DNA of 47,464 nucleotides from a virus (IMGVR_UViG_3300049919_000106:1-47464), one strand, 5' to 3'; positions 25,580-35,343 are shown, counted from the stretch's first letter. Program-made: numbers and translations. The notes: generated from the sequence alone by a model not told the origin.

Positions 25580-26434
25580 CTAAAAATCAACTCCATCACC
25601 TACATCTATTACTGGTAATCCTAATGATCTCCATGCTGCTATTACCCTGGGTCGATCATCTATAACTGTTTCTATGTCTACATTCTTTAGATATTTATTA
25701 TAGATCTCTGTCTTAACAATAGAGTCTTCCCGTTTATCCTTACTAGGGCGCATTATTAAGGCAAGATATGGCACATCAACATTTTCTGCAAGCCACTTCT
25801 CTGTTACTTCTCGGTAATCTTCTGGTCTAGCGGAAACAAAGATAACCTCATGGTCTTTTTTAGAGTACTCCTTAAGCATCATTAGTACCCCTTTACGCAC
25901 TGTATCTTTGTCCATCTCAGCGAAGAATCTATCCCAGTTTTTGTTTTCTCCACTGGCCCAATGTTGCCTGTGTCTAATGTCGGCAATAGTTCCATCTATA
26001 TCGCAGACTATTAGTTTACTTTTTGTAGGAAATAATCCATACTGTAGTGCCATAGATTTAATTACATGAGCACCAACCTTTTTAACACGGTCTTTATCTC
26101 TCTCAATACAAACATCATAAGGTGTATCTACGTCTACGATCTCAAACTTAGCCTTAGCCATTTCAGCCACGCCACGCCACATGGTTTCATTATCTGGGTT
26201 AAGGTTACAATCATCTACAATGACACTGACGTTTTCATTTAGGGCCTTTAGAGTAAGTGCTGTCTCTGTCTCAACGATCAGCCTCTCATTCTTACCCGAC
26301 CACACTGAGAAGTGGAACATCTCTCGCAGTAGATCACGATTGACTCTGATATACTCACCTGTTGTGGCAATCTCTTTTGCAATAGTGCTTTTGCCACTAG
26401 CAGGTAGTCCTCTGAGCATTACAAGTTTAGCCAT
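25580..26434 (-). CDS. pseT: polynucleotide 5'-kinase/3'-phosphatase (T4 PseT-like)
   Basis: GLPASGKST P-loop, NRDLLR; HAD DIDGT, SAR, IDDR. Confidence 0.92.
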   Translation of the reverse strand: MAKLVMLRGLPASGKSTIAKEIATTGEYIRVNRDLLREMFHFSVWSGKNERLIVETETALTLKALNENVSVIVDDCNLNPDNETMWRGVAEMAKAKFEIVDVDTPYDVCIERDKDRVKKVGAHVIKSMALQYGLFPTKSKLIVCDIDGTIADIRHRQHWASGENKNWDRFFAEMDKDTVRKGVLMMLKEYSKKDHEVIFVSARPEDYREVTEKWLAENVDVPYLALIMRPSKDKREDSIVKTEIYNKYLKNVDIETVIDDRPRVIAAWRSLGLPVIDVGDGVDF

Positions 26435-26435
26435 A

Positions 26436-27368
26436 TTAGTTTACTCTGTCTGCTACACTAATCGAACCTGATAATATATCCTTGTAGATCTGGATTGCTT
26501 TCTTTAGGGCGCATCTTTGTAGGTGACGAAAGTTAAGATGCTCTACCTTCTTTTGGATTTCCCAAATTTCCTCAGTAATCATGTCGTGGTAAGCTGAGTT
26601 ACAAACTCTAGGGATATGTTCAAGATCTAGCTTCTTGTCGATCTGAGGCTGTAGCTTATTCATTATCTTCTCGATTCTAGGTAGTGTCATGTACTTATTT
26701 ACCACCCACATCTCAAAGTAAGTCTCTGAGTGTTTATTATTACCGCCAAATGTCACAGCATTGTCTTCCTTAAATGATTCTGATACAATCTTTGCGTATT
26801 CAAGATCTCCAAACTTGTTTATAAAGTCAAAATTTCTGAGCACAATACCCTCACCCCTATCCCCTAGCTCTGACTTACCAACCAGTTCCATTAATACTTC
26901 TTCTGTAGGGTTATCAAATACACCATGGTAGTTTGGTATCTTAATGTTAAATTGAAGTGCAAGATTTATAACATCTTCTTTAGGTAACATTTTTTCCGAT
27001 CCTTTCCACCATACTGATACATCAAAGAGGTAGAATTGTTTGTAGTTAGTCTCCTTGTACTGAACAGTATGTCGGACTAGCCATTCACCATATAGGCGAT
27101 AGTTAGGATGATATTTTAGTAAGTTACGAATACCTTGATGATTTTTTACGTAATCAATTAGACCATTAAAGGTTCCGACTTCTTCGTGAATATCTACACC
27201 TTTAGTAAGGGTATTGTTGCGAGATCCTACCTTTATATGTTCACCATCAAACCAAATCTGTGCGTTTGCACCATCAATCTTTTCCTCTACGTGGACTCGG
27301 CCAAACAAAATACCATCAGTCTCATCCTTGCCTAATCTATGTATCTTTGGGTATCGTTTAAAATCCAT
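26436..27368 (-). CDS. ATP-dependent RNA ligase (Rnl2-like)
   Basis: EEKIDGAN (motif I), LYGEW, FYLFD, EGIVLR, AKIV. Confidence 0.85.
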   Translation of the reverse strand: MDFKRYPKIHRLGKDETDGILFGRVHVEEKIDGANAQIWFDGEHIKVGSRNNTLTKGVDIHEEVGTFNGLIDYVKNHQGIRNLLKYHPNYRLYGEWLVRHTVQYKETNYKQFYLFDVSVWWKGSEKMLPKEDVINLALQFNIKIPNYHGVFDNPTEEVLMELVGKSELGDRGEGIVLRNFDFINKFGDLEYAKIVSESFKEDNAVTFGGNNKHSETYFEMWVVNKYMTLPRIEKIMNKLQPQIDKKLDLEHIPRVCNSAYHDMITEEIWEIQKKVEHLNFRHLQRCALKKAIQIYKDILSGSISVADRVN

Positions 27369-27372
27369 AATA

Positions 27373-27483
27373 TTATATTTGTTTTAGATAATACATTGCC
27401 TCATGAACCAAAGACTTTAAATCATCTCTTTCCTGTTTAACATCAGCTAATTCTAACTCCAGTTCTTCAATTTGTTCTTTCAT
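27373..27483 (-). CDS. small coiled-coil protein (36 aa)
   Basis: MKEQIEELELELADVKQERDDLKSLVHEAMYYLKQI; ATGA overlap with upstream gene. Confidence 0.5.
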   Translation of the reverse strand: MKEQIEELELELADVKQERDDLKSLVHEAMYYLKQI

Positions 27484-28136
27484 GCAAGTTCATAATAACC
27501 TTCGTCTGATAATTTTAATTCCTGGGTGGCAGCCAAGTGACAAACCTCTTCCGTTCCCTCAATGGTACAATAGGAAAACATTCCATCCAGTTTATGAAAG
27601 ATAATAAAGTCTCCCAATTTTTTACCATCTCCATTGGTAGTCTCTGCTTTGATCCTTGATCCTCTGGGTATATCATATAGACGAATTTTCTTTCTACTGT
27701 TACGTTTTTTTTCTTCTATAGGTTTACTAAGAGAGTCATCAACACTCCATCCTAAGTTGAGTCTATTCAAAATTGTGTACGAACTTATTTTTAACTCCTT
27801 AGACCATGCACCTACGTTCTGTGTCTTTCCCAGAAAGTTTAGGAGCCTATTACTACGTCTATTATTTGCTTGTTCACGCAAAGTGGCCCACTTGCAATTC
27901 TCTTTAGAGTAGTGCCCATTGTTATCTATTCGTTCAATAGATATATTTCTACCCTCATATTTTTCAGCAAACTCTATAAAAGAGTCTCGCATGTCATTCC
28001 GAAAATCACTAAGGGATTCCCAAAGACATTTAATACCCCTACCACCATAGTTTTTATAACCAGTCGCACCAGGGTTGTTACATCGTTGTTTTATTCTTTT
28101 AAAACAAGCAGCTAGTTTCTTATCGTATAGCTTCAT
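27480..28136 (-). CDS. HNH-type endonuclease fused to a small phage protein
   Basis: IKQRCNNP...YGGRGI...SIERIDNNGHYSKENCKWAT...QANNRR; unrelated C-terminal ~70 aa domain. Confidence 0.85.
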   Translation of the reverse strand: MKLYDKKLAACFKRIKQRCNNPGATGYKNYGGRGIKCLWESLSDFRNDMRDSFIEFAEKYEGRNISIERIDNNGHYSKENCKWATLREQANNRRSNRLLNFLGKTQNVGAWSKELKISSYTILNRLNLGWSVDDSLSKPIEEKKRNSRKKIRLYDIPRGSRIKAETTNGDGKKLGDFIIFHKLDGMFSYCTIEGTEEVCHLAATQELKLSDEGYYELA

Positions 28137-28141
28137 AATTT

Positions 28142-28288
28142 TTATGTTACATCTTCACTTGACCAACCCTGTGAGTCGGCATAAGCCGCTAATAAAAGCA
28201 TTAGTGGAAATGAGTATGGTACAAGTGGCTCCAATAATAATGCTGAGTAGGAAAAGAAAGCCCTTCTAATTTGATTTCTCATAATCAT
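28142..28288 (-). CDS. small hydrophobic hypothetical protein
   Basis: MIMRNQIRRAFFSYSALLL...; start uncertain. Confidence 0.35.
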   Translation of the reverse strand: MIMRNQIRRAFFSYSALLLEPLVPYSFPLMLLLAAYADSQGWSSEDVT

Positions 28289-28631
28289 GATCCATACATT
28301 CCACTCCTTTGCTTGTCCACTTATATGATCCTCGTAATGGCTTCTTACATTTGACACAGGAATCATAGTCCCATATATTAATACCCAATTCTTTACATGC
28401 CTTCTCTAATTCTTTTCTTGAGTAGAAGTTAATAATTGGCGCACCTTCTTGCTGAGTACCCTTGTAACCCAGATCATTAAGGTATGATATTGTCCACTCA
28501 CGATCTGTGGATATTCCTATGAGGTTATCTGTATCTCCTTGATACTCACCGACAGCATCATAACTTGGTTGTCTAAGTGGGACTCTGAGTACAAGCTCTT
28601 GACCTTCTTTGGTTATTTTCATAGCATACAC
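28266..28631 (-). CDS. hypothetical protein with C-terminal Zn ribbon
   Basis: CVKCKK...CMDH. Confidence 0.65.
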   Translation of the reverse strand: MYAMKITKEGQELVLRVPLRQPSYDAVGEYQGDTDNLIGISTDREWTISYLNDLGYKGTQQEGAPIINFYSRKELEKACKELGINIWDYDSCVKCKKPLRGSYKWTSKGVECMDHDYEKSN

Positions 28632-28697
28632 ATGATTAAGCGCATTGTAGTCTCATAGTTTTCTGGTGTGAGTGGTACAATGGCTGTTACTAAAACA

Positions 28698-28913
28698 TTA
28701 ATCTCGTTCATAATTCAAAGGGCGGCCAGTATTTGATATAGTAATTTGTGTCTTATTCTCGTCACTACCCAGAGTCGTTACTAACAACCAGATTGCTACT
28801 ATCAATGGAAACGTCACATCCTGTGGGTTATTTGCTATTACCCCAATAATGTAGATGATACAGCTAAGGAAAGCTGTAATGTGAGCAAAGAAACGTATGA
28901 TTATGTTTGACAT
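28698..28913 (-). CDS. small membrane protein (2 TM)
   Basis: Two hydrophobic segments in 71 aa. Confidence 0.6.
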   Translation of the reverse strand: MSNIIIRFFAHITAFLSCIIYIIGVIANNPQDVTFPLIVAIWLLVTTLGSDENKTQITISNTGRPLNYERD

Positions 28914-28914
28914 A

Positions 28915-29265
28915 TTATAAAGATAAATTACTAAGTGGTAAATTCTCGGTACTTCTCTGACCGTCTGACTTGGGTGCGTGTTTAGCTATTCTTTCATCCC
29001 TGTTTGGATGATATCTACGTGCTGTAGCTTGTGGTGGAATGGAATCTTGTGGTCGAGATCCAGTAGTTCTTATTAAATCAGGGATATTTTCTAGTATACG
29101 CCTGTGTTCTCTTTCTAACTCTAACCTACGAAACTCCATGTTGTGCATTTCAATCATGTCTGTAAAATCTCTTCCTGACATTGCTGTAGGTGGTTGTAGC
29201 CAAAAATCATGATCATCTTGCTCCTCATCCCATTCTACTACATCTCGATCATCTAGTGGTGGCAT
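28915..29265 (-). CDS. hypothetical protein, acidic N-terminus
   Basis: 116 aa; overlaps ATP-grasp gene end. Confidence 0.55.
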   Translation of the reverse strand: MPPLDDRDVVEWDEEQDDHDFWLQPPTAMSGRDFTDMIEMHNMEFRRLELEREHRRILENIPDLIRTTGSRPQDSIPPQATARRYHPNRDERIAKHAPKSDGQRSTENLPLSNLSL

Positions 29266-30016
29266 ATGCTAAAAACTTATTTACGTAGGCTTGTAAGGTT
29301 CTTGTTTCCATAGATGGTGCAGTGTTTACTTCACAAACAAATACATCACCATTCTCATCCTTGATTATATCTACTGCCCCGAAGTCTAGGCCAAGTGATG
29401 TCATTGCATGAATGGCTAGATCCTCAATGCGTTCAAGTCGGCGTAGGTTATCCTGTCTAAAGATCCAACCATTATCATGGGTGCGTACTAGGCCTTGATC
29501 TCTGGTAGGTTCATCCTCTCTAGCTCGTGATCGCTTGCGGTAGTCAATAACTTCACCCTGGAATACATGCACACGGTACTCACCATGATTATCAATTCCC
29601 TTGGTAAAGAGCTTTGCATCATGGGGTAGTACCTCATCAGCAGTATAGATCTGTATTCCTTCACCAGAATGTCCTGTGAGACTAAATCTGGCATAGACAT
29701 TTCCATTCCAGCCATCTTCATCCCAATCTGAGGCTTCATCCCAGGATGTTGTAAAGGTTAGACAGGGGACACCATGATCTCGAAGAGTTGTTAGTGTCTT
29801 TAGTTTGTTAGAAGCTAGTCCAACATTTACAGGCATGTTTAGGATATGTGCATCTTGACATATCCAGTTTGGCATGGTGCTATTTCCCCAGTTTACTACG
29901 ATGTGCCTTGGTCTGTATCTATACCTTCCATTGGGTCGTACCCTTTTGGCATCTAGGGCTGTGGCAAGTAACTTACCACTAGCTGATCCCATCTTGTACG
30001 GATAAACTTTGAACAT
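29249..30016 (-). CDS. ATP-grasp ligase (phiEco32-type)
   Basis: VNWGN, ASNKLKT, GHSGEGI, EYRVHV, LGLDFGAVD, VCEVNTAPS. Confidence 0.9.
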   Translation of the reverse strand: MFKVYPYKMGSASGKLLATALDAKRVRPNGRYRYRPRHIVVNWGNSTMPNWICQDAHILNMPVNVGLASNKLKTLTTLRDHGVPCLTFTTSWDEASDWDEDGWNGNVYARFSLTGHSGEGIQIYTADEVLPHDAKLFTKGIDNHGEYRVHVFQGEVIDYRKRSRAREDEPTRDQGLVRTHDNGWIFRQDNLRRLERIEDLAIHAMTSLGLDFGAVDIIKDENGDVFVCEVNTAPSMETRTLQAYVNKFLAYATTR

Positions 30017-30243
30017 TATAGTTTGATCTTATCGAGTAATTCTTTATACTTATTCGTGGGGTTTGTATAGATATAACGATTAAAGGATTGTTCTGACAAT
30101 GCTTCTCGTATTGTTTGAATTTCGGAACGAGTAAGATCTCTAATGTTGTATTTTGCTTCGAGCACAATACGTTCGACATGGTTATTTACTACTTCTGGTA
30201 CTGGATCTTTTGTTTTGAATAGTGACATATAACTTAACCCCAA
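30016..30243 (-). CDS. hypothetical protein
   Basis: 75 aa ORF (likely ATG start at 30228), TAATG-coupled to ATP-grasp gene. Confidence 0.6.
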   Translation of the reverse strand: MGLSYMSLFKTKDPVPEVVNNHVERIVLEAKYNIRDLTRSEIQTIREALSEQSFNRYIYTNPTNKYKELLDKIKL

Positions 30244-30389
30244 CTAGCCATTAAATAATAATTATGCGAATTAACACATTCATCACACCAAATTACTTTT
30301 CTATCGTAATAACCTAAAGCACCATTCTCTTTAACAGACCGTTCACTTACATTCTTTTTTTCTTTTTTACAGCAGTTACAGGTTTGCAT
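30234..30389 (-). CDS. small Zn-ribbon protein (51 aa)
   Basis: MQTCNCC...WCDEC... Confidence 0.55.
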   Translation of the reverse strand: MQTCNCCKKEKKNVSERSVKENGALGYYDRKVIWCDECVNSHNYYLMASWG

Positions 30390-30641
30390 TTACTTTGTTT
30401 TCTTAACCTTCTTTACTTTCCGATAACCTTTTTGCATCTCTTGAAAGTACTCTACTCCTAGAAAACCAGTAAGTAGGGCAAGTTTTTTGTTAAGCTCAGT
30501 TATTTGATCTCGCAGCGATTGATCTTGACGATCTGTATTAGATTTCTGTCTATTGATCTGAGCCTGTAGTCCAGAGTAGTTTGACTTGATATCTACTAGT
30601 GATTGTTCTAATGATTTTATCTTTTTTGTATTGAAAATAAT
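30390..30641 (-). CDS. coiled-coil hypothetical protein with probable ATT/ATC start
   Basis: 84-codon open frame IIFNTKKIKSLEQSLVDIK...GYRKVKKVKKTK whose stop abuts the next ATG; no early ATG/GTG/TTG. Confidence 0.5.
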   Translation of the reverse strand: MIFNTKKIKSLEQSLVDIKSNYSGLQAQINRQKSNTDRQDQSLRDQITELNKKLALLTGFLGVEYFQEMQKGYRKVKKVKKTK

Positions 30642-30738
30642 TTCGATTTTAAGCTCTTATAATTAACCCACATGATACATACCTCACCTTTGCTATTTAA
30701 ACCTCGCTATGAGGCGTATACGCACGATTAGAGTGTGT

Positions 30739-31533
30739 CTACGGGGTAGTTCGTATCTGCATTTCATTGATCTTTTGGTCTACTACTCTTTTTACCTCTT
30801 TTTCATCATCAGGATCTATACCCATTTCATTGCGCCAGTACACCAGGATCTCATCAACCATGGTAGGTAGCCAGTGTAGAGGGAAAGCCTTATCAACCAA
30901 TCGCTTGTAACCAAACTCATCCGACCCAGTAGTACCTTTCCAGTAGAAGTATTGCATTACTACCAGCGCAAGTTGGTATTCCGTAACAGAGGCAAGCGTT
31001 GGCTTAAGTTGTTTTCCTAACAGAGCATAGTTAGTAGAAACAGGATAGCGGCCATATCTTTCTTTCCACACAGAGGAATAGAAATTAATAACACGCTGTA
31101 GAGAAGAATTACCTTTGATGGGTAGTTGGTTTTTAGGTAACTCAACTATATCTTTAGATATAGTATTACTTGTATTATTATTACTTGTATTATTATGTGA
31201 GAAGGTTTCTTTTACCTCCCCCAACGATTTCTTTTTTGGAGGGGTATAGTCAATTTTGACCTGGGGTGTAATTTTACGTGGCTCAGATCCATCACGAGAA
31301 CCAACTTTAATTAGATCTAATTCCTCCAAATCTGTTATTGATTTACTGATTGTAGGCTGACTTTTCTTAAATACTACCTCAAAATAATTGTTATTGGCGT
31401 GGCAGTAACCATTCTTATTTGACAATGCCATTATTTCACTGTATAGTAATTTTGCAAAGTCTGATAAATCCTCATGGTATCGTATGTATGCTGGTGTTAC
31501 CGACCAGAAGTTTGGTTTTTCTTTGTCATTCAT
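30739..31533 (-). CDS. replication initiator (N-terminal HTH, lambda O-like organisation)
   Basis: PAYIRY...LSDFAKLLYSEIMALSNKNGYCHANNNYF...TISKSITDL; NNTSNNNTS linker. Confidence 0.8.
   Translation of the reverse strand: MNDKEKPNFWSVTPAYIRYHEDLSDFAKLLYSEIMALSNKNGYCHANNNYFEVVFKKSQPTISKSITDLEELDLIKVGSRDGSEPRKITPQVKIDYTPPKKKSLGEVKETFSHNNTSNNNTSNTISKDIVELPKNQLPIKGNSSLQRVINFYSSVWKERYGRYPVSTNYALLGKQLKPTLASVTEYQLALVVMQYFYWKGTTGSDEFGYKRLVDKAFPLHWLPTMVDEILVYWRNEMGIDPDDEKEVKRVVDQKINEMQIRTTP
31146..31195. repeat. candidate replication origin: palindrome plus tandem 15-nt repeat
   Basis: CTATATCT-tt-AGATATAG then TATTACTTGTATTAT x2, within the initiator linker. Confidence 0.5.
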
Positions 31534-31539
31534 ATCTGT

Positions 31540-31568
31540 ATCATATCACGTAATGTATAACATTGCAA
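31540..31568 (-). promoter_or_regulatory. sigma70-type promoter, leaderless initiator mRNA
   Basis: TTGCAA-17nt-(TGa)TATGAT; ATG 7 nt downstream. Confidence 0.75.
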
Positions 31569-31593
31569 CTTCACAACAACTGATAAGTGTGTC

Positions 31594-32694
31594 CTAGTCT
31601 GTAAACATCCTATCAGCCCCATAAAAGTACGCTTCGTCAAGTCTATTGGTTAATAATTTAATGCGCTGATCTGTCTCAATAATCTTACGTCTAATTTGTG
31701 AACGTGATCCAAGATCAGTTTCAAGTGCTAGATCTGCACTAAACTCTGCTTTGTCAAGATGTAGTGTCTCAATCTCAATTTCAATGTTCTGGATCTCGGC
31801 CTCTACTTCATGCTGAGCCATGGAGTATAGCTCTCTTTCCTTGCTATGCTTTGCTGGCTCAGGAAGCTCGTAATTTGCTCCATAACCCATATAAGGCTTC
31901 GAGGCCACGATAAAACTTCCTATTTCGATCTTATAACAAATCTCTGTCTTTGTCTTATAGTCTCGGACATACAATGTCTCTGACGGAAGCAGATTTCCTT
32001 TACCTTCACTCTTAAGGGCAAACACTGTAGGCTTTTTTCTCTTCATTTTTTTACCAGATGGTTGCTCCCATACTAAAGGTCTTCCTTCATTATGTCCATA
32101 AAAGACACTCTCAATCTCGTTCGTGTCCTTTATAACTTGTAGCCCAATAATAGCCGCACCCCCGATAGTATCTATTGTTTGCTTTTTCCCCTCAAGGAAT
32201 AACGCAAGCTCCACAGCAATGGATTCTGAGTCATTATGTTTACCCTGTGTAAACTCATGCTTATCGTGTTGGTTCTGATCTGGAAAGTGTACACCACTTA
32301 CTGTCATATACCTTGATTTATACTTGATACCCATGTCTTCATGCTCTTTTTGCATAACATTGGTATTAGTAATCACACCATTATGAACTACATAATAGTC
32401 ATAGGCAAACGACTCATGGCTGATCTTAAATGGATGAGCCGTACCAGCATAGTTAGGTGTAGATGTAGGAATACGATGATGGAATAAAATAGCATCAAAG
32501 TCACCTGCAACTAGTAATTGTGTACGGATCTCATCCTCCTCCTCTGCTCGGTGAAAGGCTGAAATGACACCATCTTTGATAGCGACAAATCCAAACCCCT
32601 CAGTACCTCTATGTTTCTGCTCCACAAACCGATTCAGTAGCTCCTGGCGTGTGTTGGCATTGTTTCTCCCCTCCACATATATAATTCCACACAT
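31594..32694 (-). CDS. class II (Ntn) glutamine amidotransferase
   Basis: MCGI, HRGTEGFG, HHRIPTS, AHPF, HNGVITN, DSE. Confidence 0.9.
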   Translation of the reverse strand: MCGIIYVEGRNNANTRQELLNRFVEQKHRGTEGFGFVAIKDGVISAFHRAEEEDEIRTQLLVAGDFDAILFHHRIPTSTPNYAGTAHPFKISHESFAYDYYVVHNGVITNTNVMQKEHEDMGIKYKSRYMTVSGVHFPDQNQHDKHEFTQGKHNDSESIAVELALFLEGKKQTIDTIGGAAIIGLQVIKDTNEIESVFYGHNEGRPLVWEQPSGKKMKRKKPTVFALKSEGKGNLLPSETLYVRDYKTKTEICYKIEIGSFIVASKPYMGYGANYELPEPAKHSKERELYSMAQHEVEAEIQNIEIEIETLHLDKAEFSADLALETDLGSRSQIRRKIIETDQRIKLLTNRLDEAYFYGADRMFTD

Positions 32695-32698
32695 TGGT

Positions 32699-33892
32699 TT
32701 ATAGGCTTAAATAGTTATAATGATTAATAAGTGTCTTCACGTACTTTTGCATCTCATCATCTGCCCCGATAATCTCTAGTAGGTATAATACCTTGTCTTC
32801 AAGACTTGTCAACTTGCTCCCAGGTAGGATATTTTTCTGATTAAGAGTACCATCCACGACACAATCAATGATTTGTCTATGAAATCGCATCCAGTTTATG
32901 ATTAATTTAGGCTCAATAGTGCTTTTATGGGATCTAATCTCTATAGTATTGGTTCGATTCCAAATACTATGTAGGTTTACATCCTGATAGCGGCTATTCT
33001 CATAGTGGAAACTATAATGGGCACGTAATTCCCTTGGATCTGGCTCCAAATACCACAATTGTTGAAACTCAGTAATAGTCTTGACTGCTAGGATCTCATC
33101 AATAGTGTATGTTTCGGAAACTCTCCGACAATAAGAGTTATCTACCTTTCGACTATCAGGAACCATACCACTAATTACATCATTGAATACAACATAAGTC
33201 AATAGTACATTCTTTAATCTATCTACTTCATCATTTGGTGGAATAAACATTGCATACTTACCTTTATTCTGTTCAGTAAGTTTTCTTGCAAAAAATGATC
33301 TAATCTCCTCCCTTGGAAATTTTTCTATTTTGTAGAAATCAGCTTGCGTGATTTTAAAGTAATTATGGATACCATTTACTTTATAGGTACAGATGAAATC
33401 CTCACCACAAGATCTAATTACGGAGTAATCTTCATAAATCTCACCCCTCACCCAACTAAAGAACCTCAAATAGTCTTCATTTGACAATCTATAGTCTTCT
33501 GAATGGCCTCTGTAAGATCGTATAGCTTGAAATGAGGCGTGTAAAACTACCTCCCCTGCACTTACTACCTGTAGGGCTTCATTTCTGTCTATAATCGCTA
33601 AACTAGCCTCACCAACAAATTCCTCTGCTCCTAAGTGAACATGAAATCCAGAGTTAATACCAGTAGGATCAACTTCTATATTCTTAAGATCCCTACATAG
33701 ATCAACGATGGCTTTTTCTCCACTCTTACCTCTTAACACTCTAGAGACAATTTCAATTGGATTTGCCCCAATAATAGAGCTATCCGTAGTAGTGTGAAAG
33801 TTCTCACTTACCATGTCACTCAGTTCTCCAATATCATTTTCAAGGGCATCAATCTCGATTTCAATCCCAAAAGTACGATTAGATGTTTTCAT
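32699..33892 (-). CDS. putative amidoligase (COOH-NH2 ligase, Amidoligase_2-like)
   Basis: RTFGIEIE, TDSSI, EIVS, GFHVHLG, RYQDVNL, TIEIR. Confidence 0.85.
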   Translation of the reverse strand: MKTSNRTFGIEIEIDALENDIGELSDMVSENFHTTTDSSIIGANPIEIVSRVLRGKSGEKAIVDLCRDLKNIEVDPTGINSGFHVHLGAEEFVGEASLAIIDRNEALQVVSAGEVVLHASFQAIRSYRGHSEDYRLSNEDYLRFFSWVRGEIYEDYSVIRSCGEDFICTYKVNGIHNYFKITQADFYKIEKFPREEIRSFFARKLTEQNKGKYAMFIPPNDEVDRLKNVLLTYVVFNDVISGMVPDSRKVDNSYCRRVSETYTIDEILAVKTITEFQQLWYLEPDPRELRAHYSFHYENSRYQDVNLHSIWNRTNTIEIRSHKSTIEPKLIINWMRFHRQIIDCVVDGTLNQKNILPGSKLTSLEDKVLYLLEIIGADDEMQKYVKTLINHYNYLSL

Positions 33893-34040
33893 TTCTTACA
33901 CGATTGATAATGGATAATAACCAAGACTCAGCATTTGGTCTGTCTACAAGGGGATTATAAATATCATCCTCAGTAAAATCATCCTCAACAAACGCTAAAC
34001 CAAGTGATCGTGCCTCTGCTAGAATTTCTTTGTCTGACAT
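33879..34040 (-). CDS. small acidic protein (53 aa) between the two ligases
   Basis: MSDKEILAEARSLGLAFVEDDFTEDDIYNPLVDRPNAESWLLSIINRVRNENI. Confidence 0.55.
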   Translation of the reverse strand: MSDKEILAEARSLGLAFVEDDFTEDDIYNPLVDRPNAESWLLSIINRVRNENI

Positions 34041-34044
34041 ATAA

Positions 34045-35004
34045 TTAATAATTTTCTAAGTAATCTTCAAATCCACTACCGATCCAATCACAATTGAATA
34101 CTTCATAGGGCTTTTTGCCACCAAAATCATCAACAGAATCAAGAAAAGAATCAATTGTCATTTTATCTATAGGATAATTCCATTGACCAATGTTCAAACC
34201 AACCAATACTTTTGAGTATTTATCAAAGTTCTTTCTAGCTAGTACTGGGTCGTTCTCATTAATTGCCTTGATTATATCAGCTTGATTAACACTTGACAAG
34301 ATAGTTTCTGTGTGTCCATATCCAACTACCCATAATGCTTGTCGTACTAATCCAGTAGCAAGACCAAATAATCGGTAATCTCGTAACCAGAAATTAGATA
34401 GTGTCCGATATTCTAGTCCATAATACTTTTCACGGTACTCACCTGCCCGACCATAAGTCTTGCGGCGTTCTGTAGATCCTTTATATTGATCGAACAGTAC
34501 GCAAGTATTACCAGCAATTATATCAAGTACCTTTACAATAGTATTGATATCAGTATCTTGCGCAACAACATTATGTGATTCAGTATGATTCTTGTATCCA
34601 ATGTGAATATGACCACCTGCGGATCTCTGCAATTGATCCTGTGCTCCTTCAGGAATAGGATTTACACCATAGGCATTAGATGATGGAACACAACCAAATT
34701 GCTTAGAAAATGGACTCAGGGAATCAAATTGCTCCTGTGTAAGAGTAACAGTAGTGTCAAAGACGATCTCACATTCCTTTGTCCTGGCAAATTCCTTTGC
34801 TGTGTTCATACAATCAACTACATTGCGCCAAAGATTCTCACGACACTGTGCCGCACCTGGATTAATTTCTGCCGCTACACCATCACGGATCAATTTCCCA
34901 TCCTCACAAATCCACTTTTTTGGAATAACTAATTCAGATCCCACTACTTCACCCTTTTTGTTTTTAAAGAAAAACTCAGGATCAGCCCCTAACTCAGTGT
35001 ACAT
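34045..35004 (-). CDS. phiEco32-like COOH-NH2 ligase type 2
   Basis: LGADPEFF, DGVAAEINP, FGCVP, RSAGGHIHIG, RRKTYGRAGEYR, GLEYRTLSNFW. Confidence 0.92.
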   Translation of the reverse strand: MYTELGADPEFFFKNKKGEVVGSELVIPKKWICEDGKLIRDGVAAEINPGAAQCRENLWRNVVDCMNTAKEFARTKECEIVFDTTVTLTQEQFDSLSPFSKQFGCVPSSNAYGVNPIPEGAQDQLQRSAGGHIHIGYKNHTESHNVVAQDTDINTIVKVLDIIAGNTCVLFDQYKGSTERRKTYGRAGEYREKYYGLEYRTLSNFWLRDYRLFGLATGLVRQALWVVGYGHTETILSSVNQADIIKAINENDPVLARKNFDKYSKVLVGLNIGQWNYPIDKMTIDSFLDSVDDFGGKKPYEVFNCDWIGSGFEDYLENY

Positions 35005-35007
35005 ATT

Positions 35008-35343
35008 TTAATACTTAGTTATATAATGACCACTCATCTCATCTTTATTCTCGTAAACCCACATGATACACGATCCATGTTCTGTGTCAACTCGTTTTTC
35101 CACATACCCTGCCCCGATCTCAATAGAGTGACATCTGCTGTACTGTGTCTCATCAATAAGATAAACTTCCACTTCATGTTCATCGCCATCTTCGGTAAGA
35201 AACAATTGAGGGTAAGAATAAACTAAAGTCATATATCCCTTCACTGTAGTCTTCCCAACAAACTTTGCCCCTTCAATAATTGGATGATTATATCGTCCCT
35301 CCTTAAGCGACCCGTAAACAGCTACTTTAAACATCATAGCCAA
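35008..35343 (-). CDS. gamma-glutamylcyclotransferase (AIG2-like)
   Basis: VAVYGSLKEGRYNH...YP...EVEVY...IE. Confidence 0.88.
   Translation of the reverse strand: MAMMFKVAVYGSLKEGRYNHPIIEGAKFVGKTTVKGYMTLVYSYPQLFLTEDGDEHEVEVYLIDETQYSRCHSIEIGAGYVEKRVDTEHGSCIMWVYENKDEMSGHYITKY

Noticed and set aside
30390-30641. Frameshifted pseudogene
   Set aside because: On re-reading, the frame is continuous; only a canonical start codon is missing
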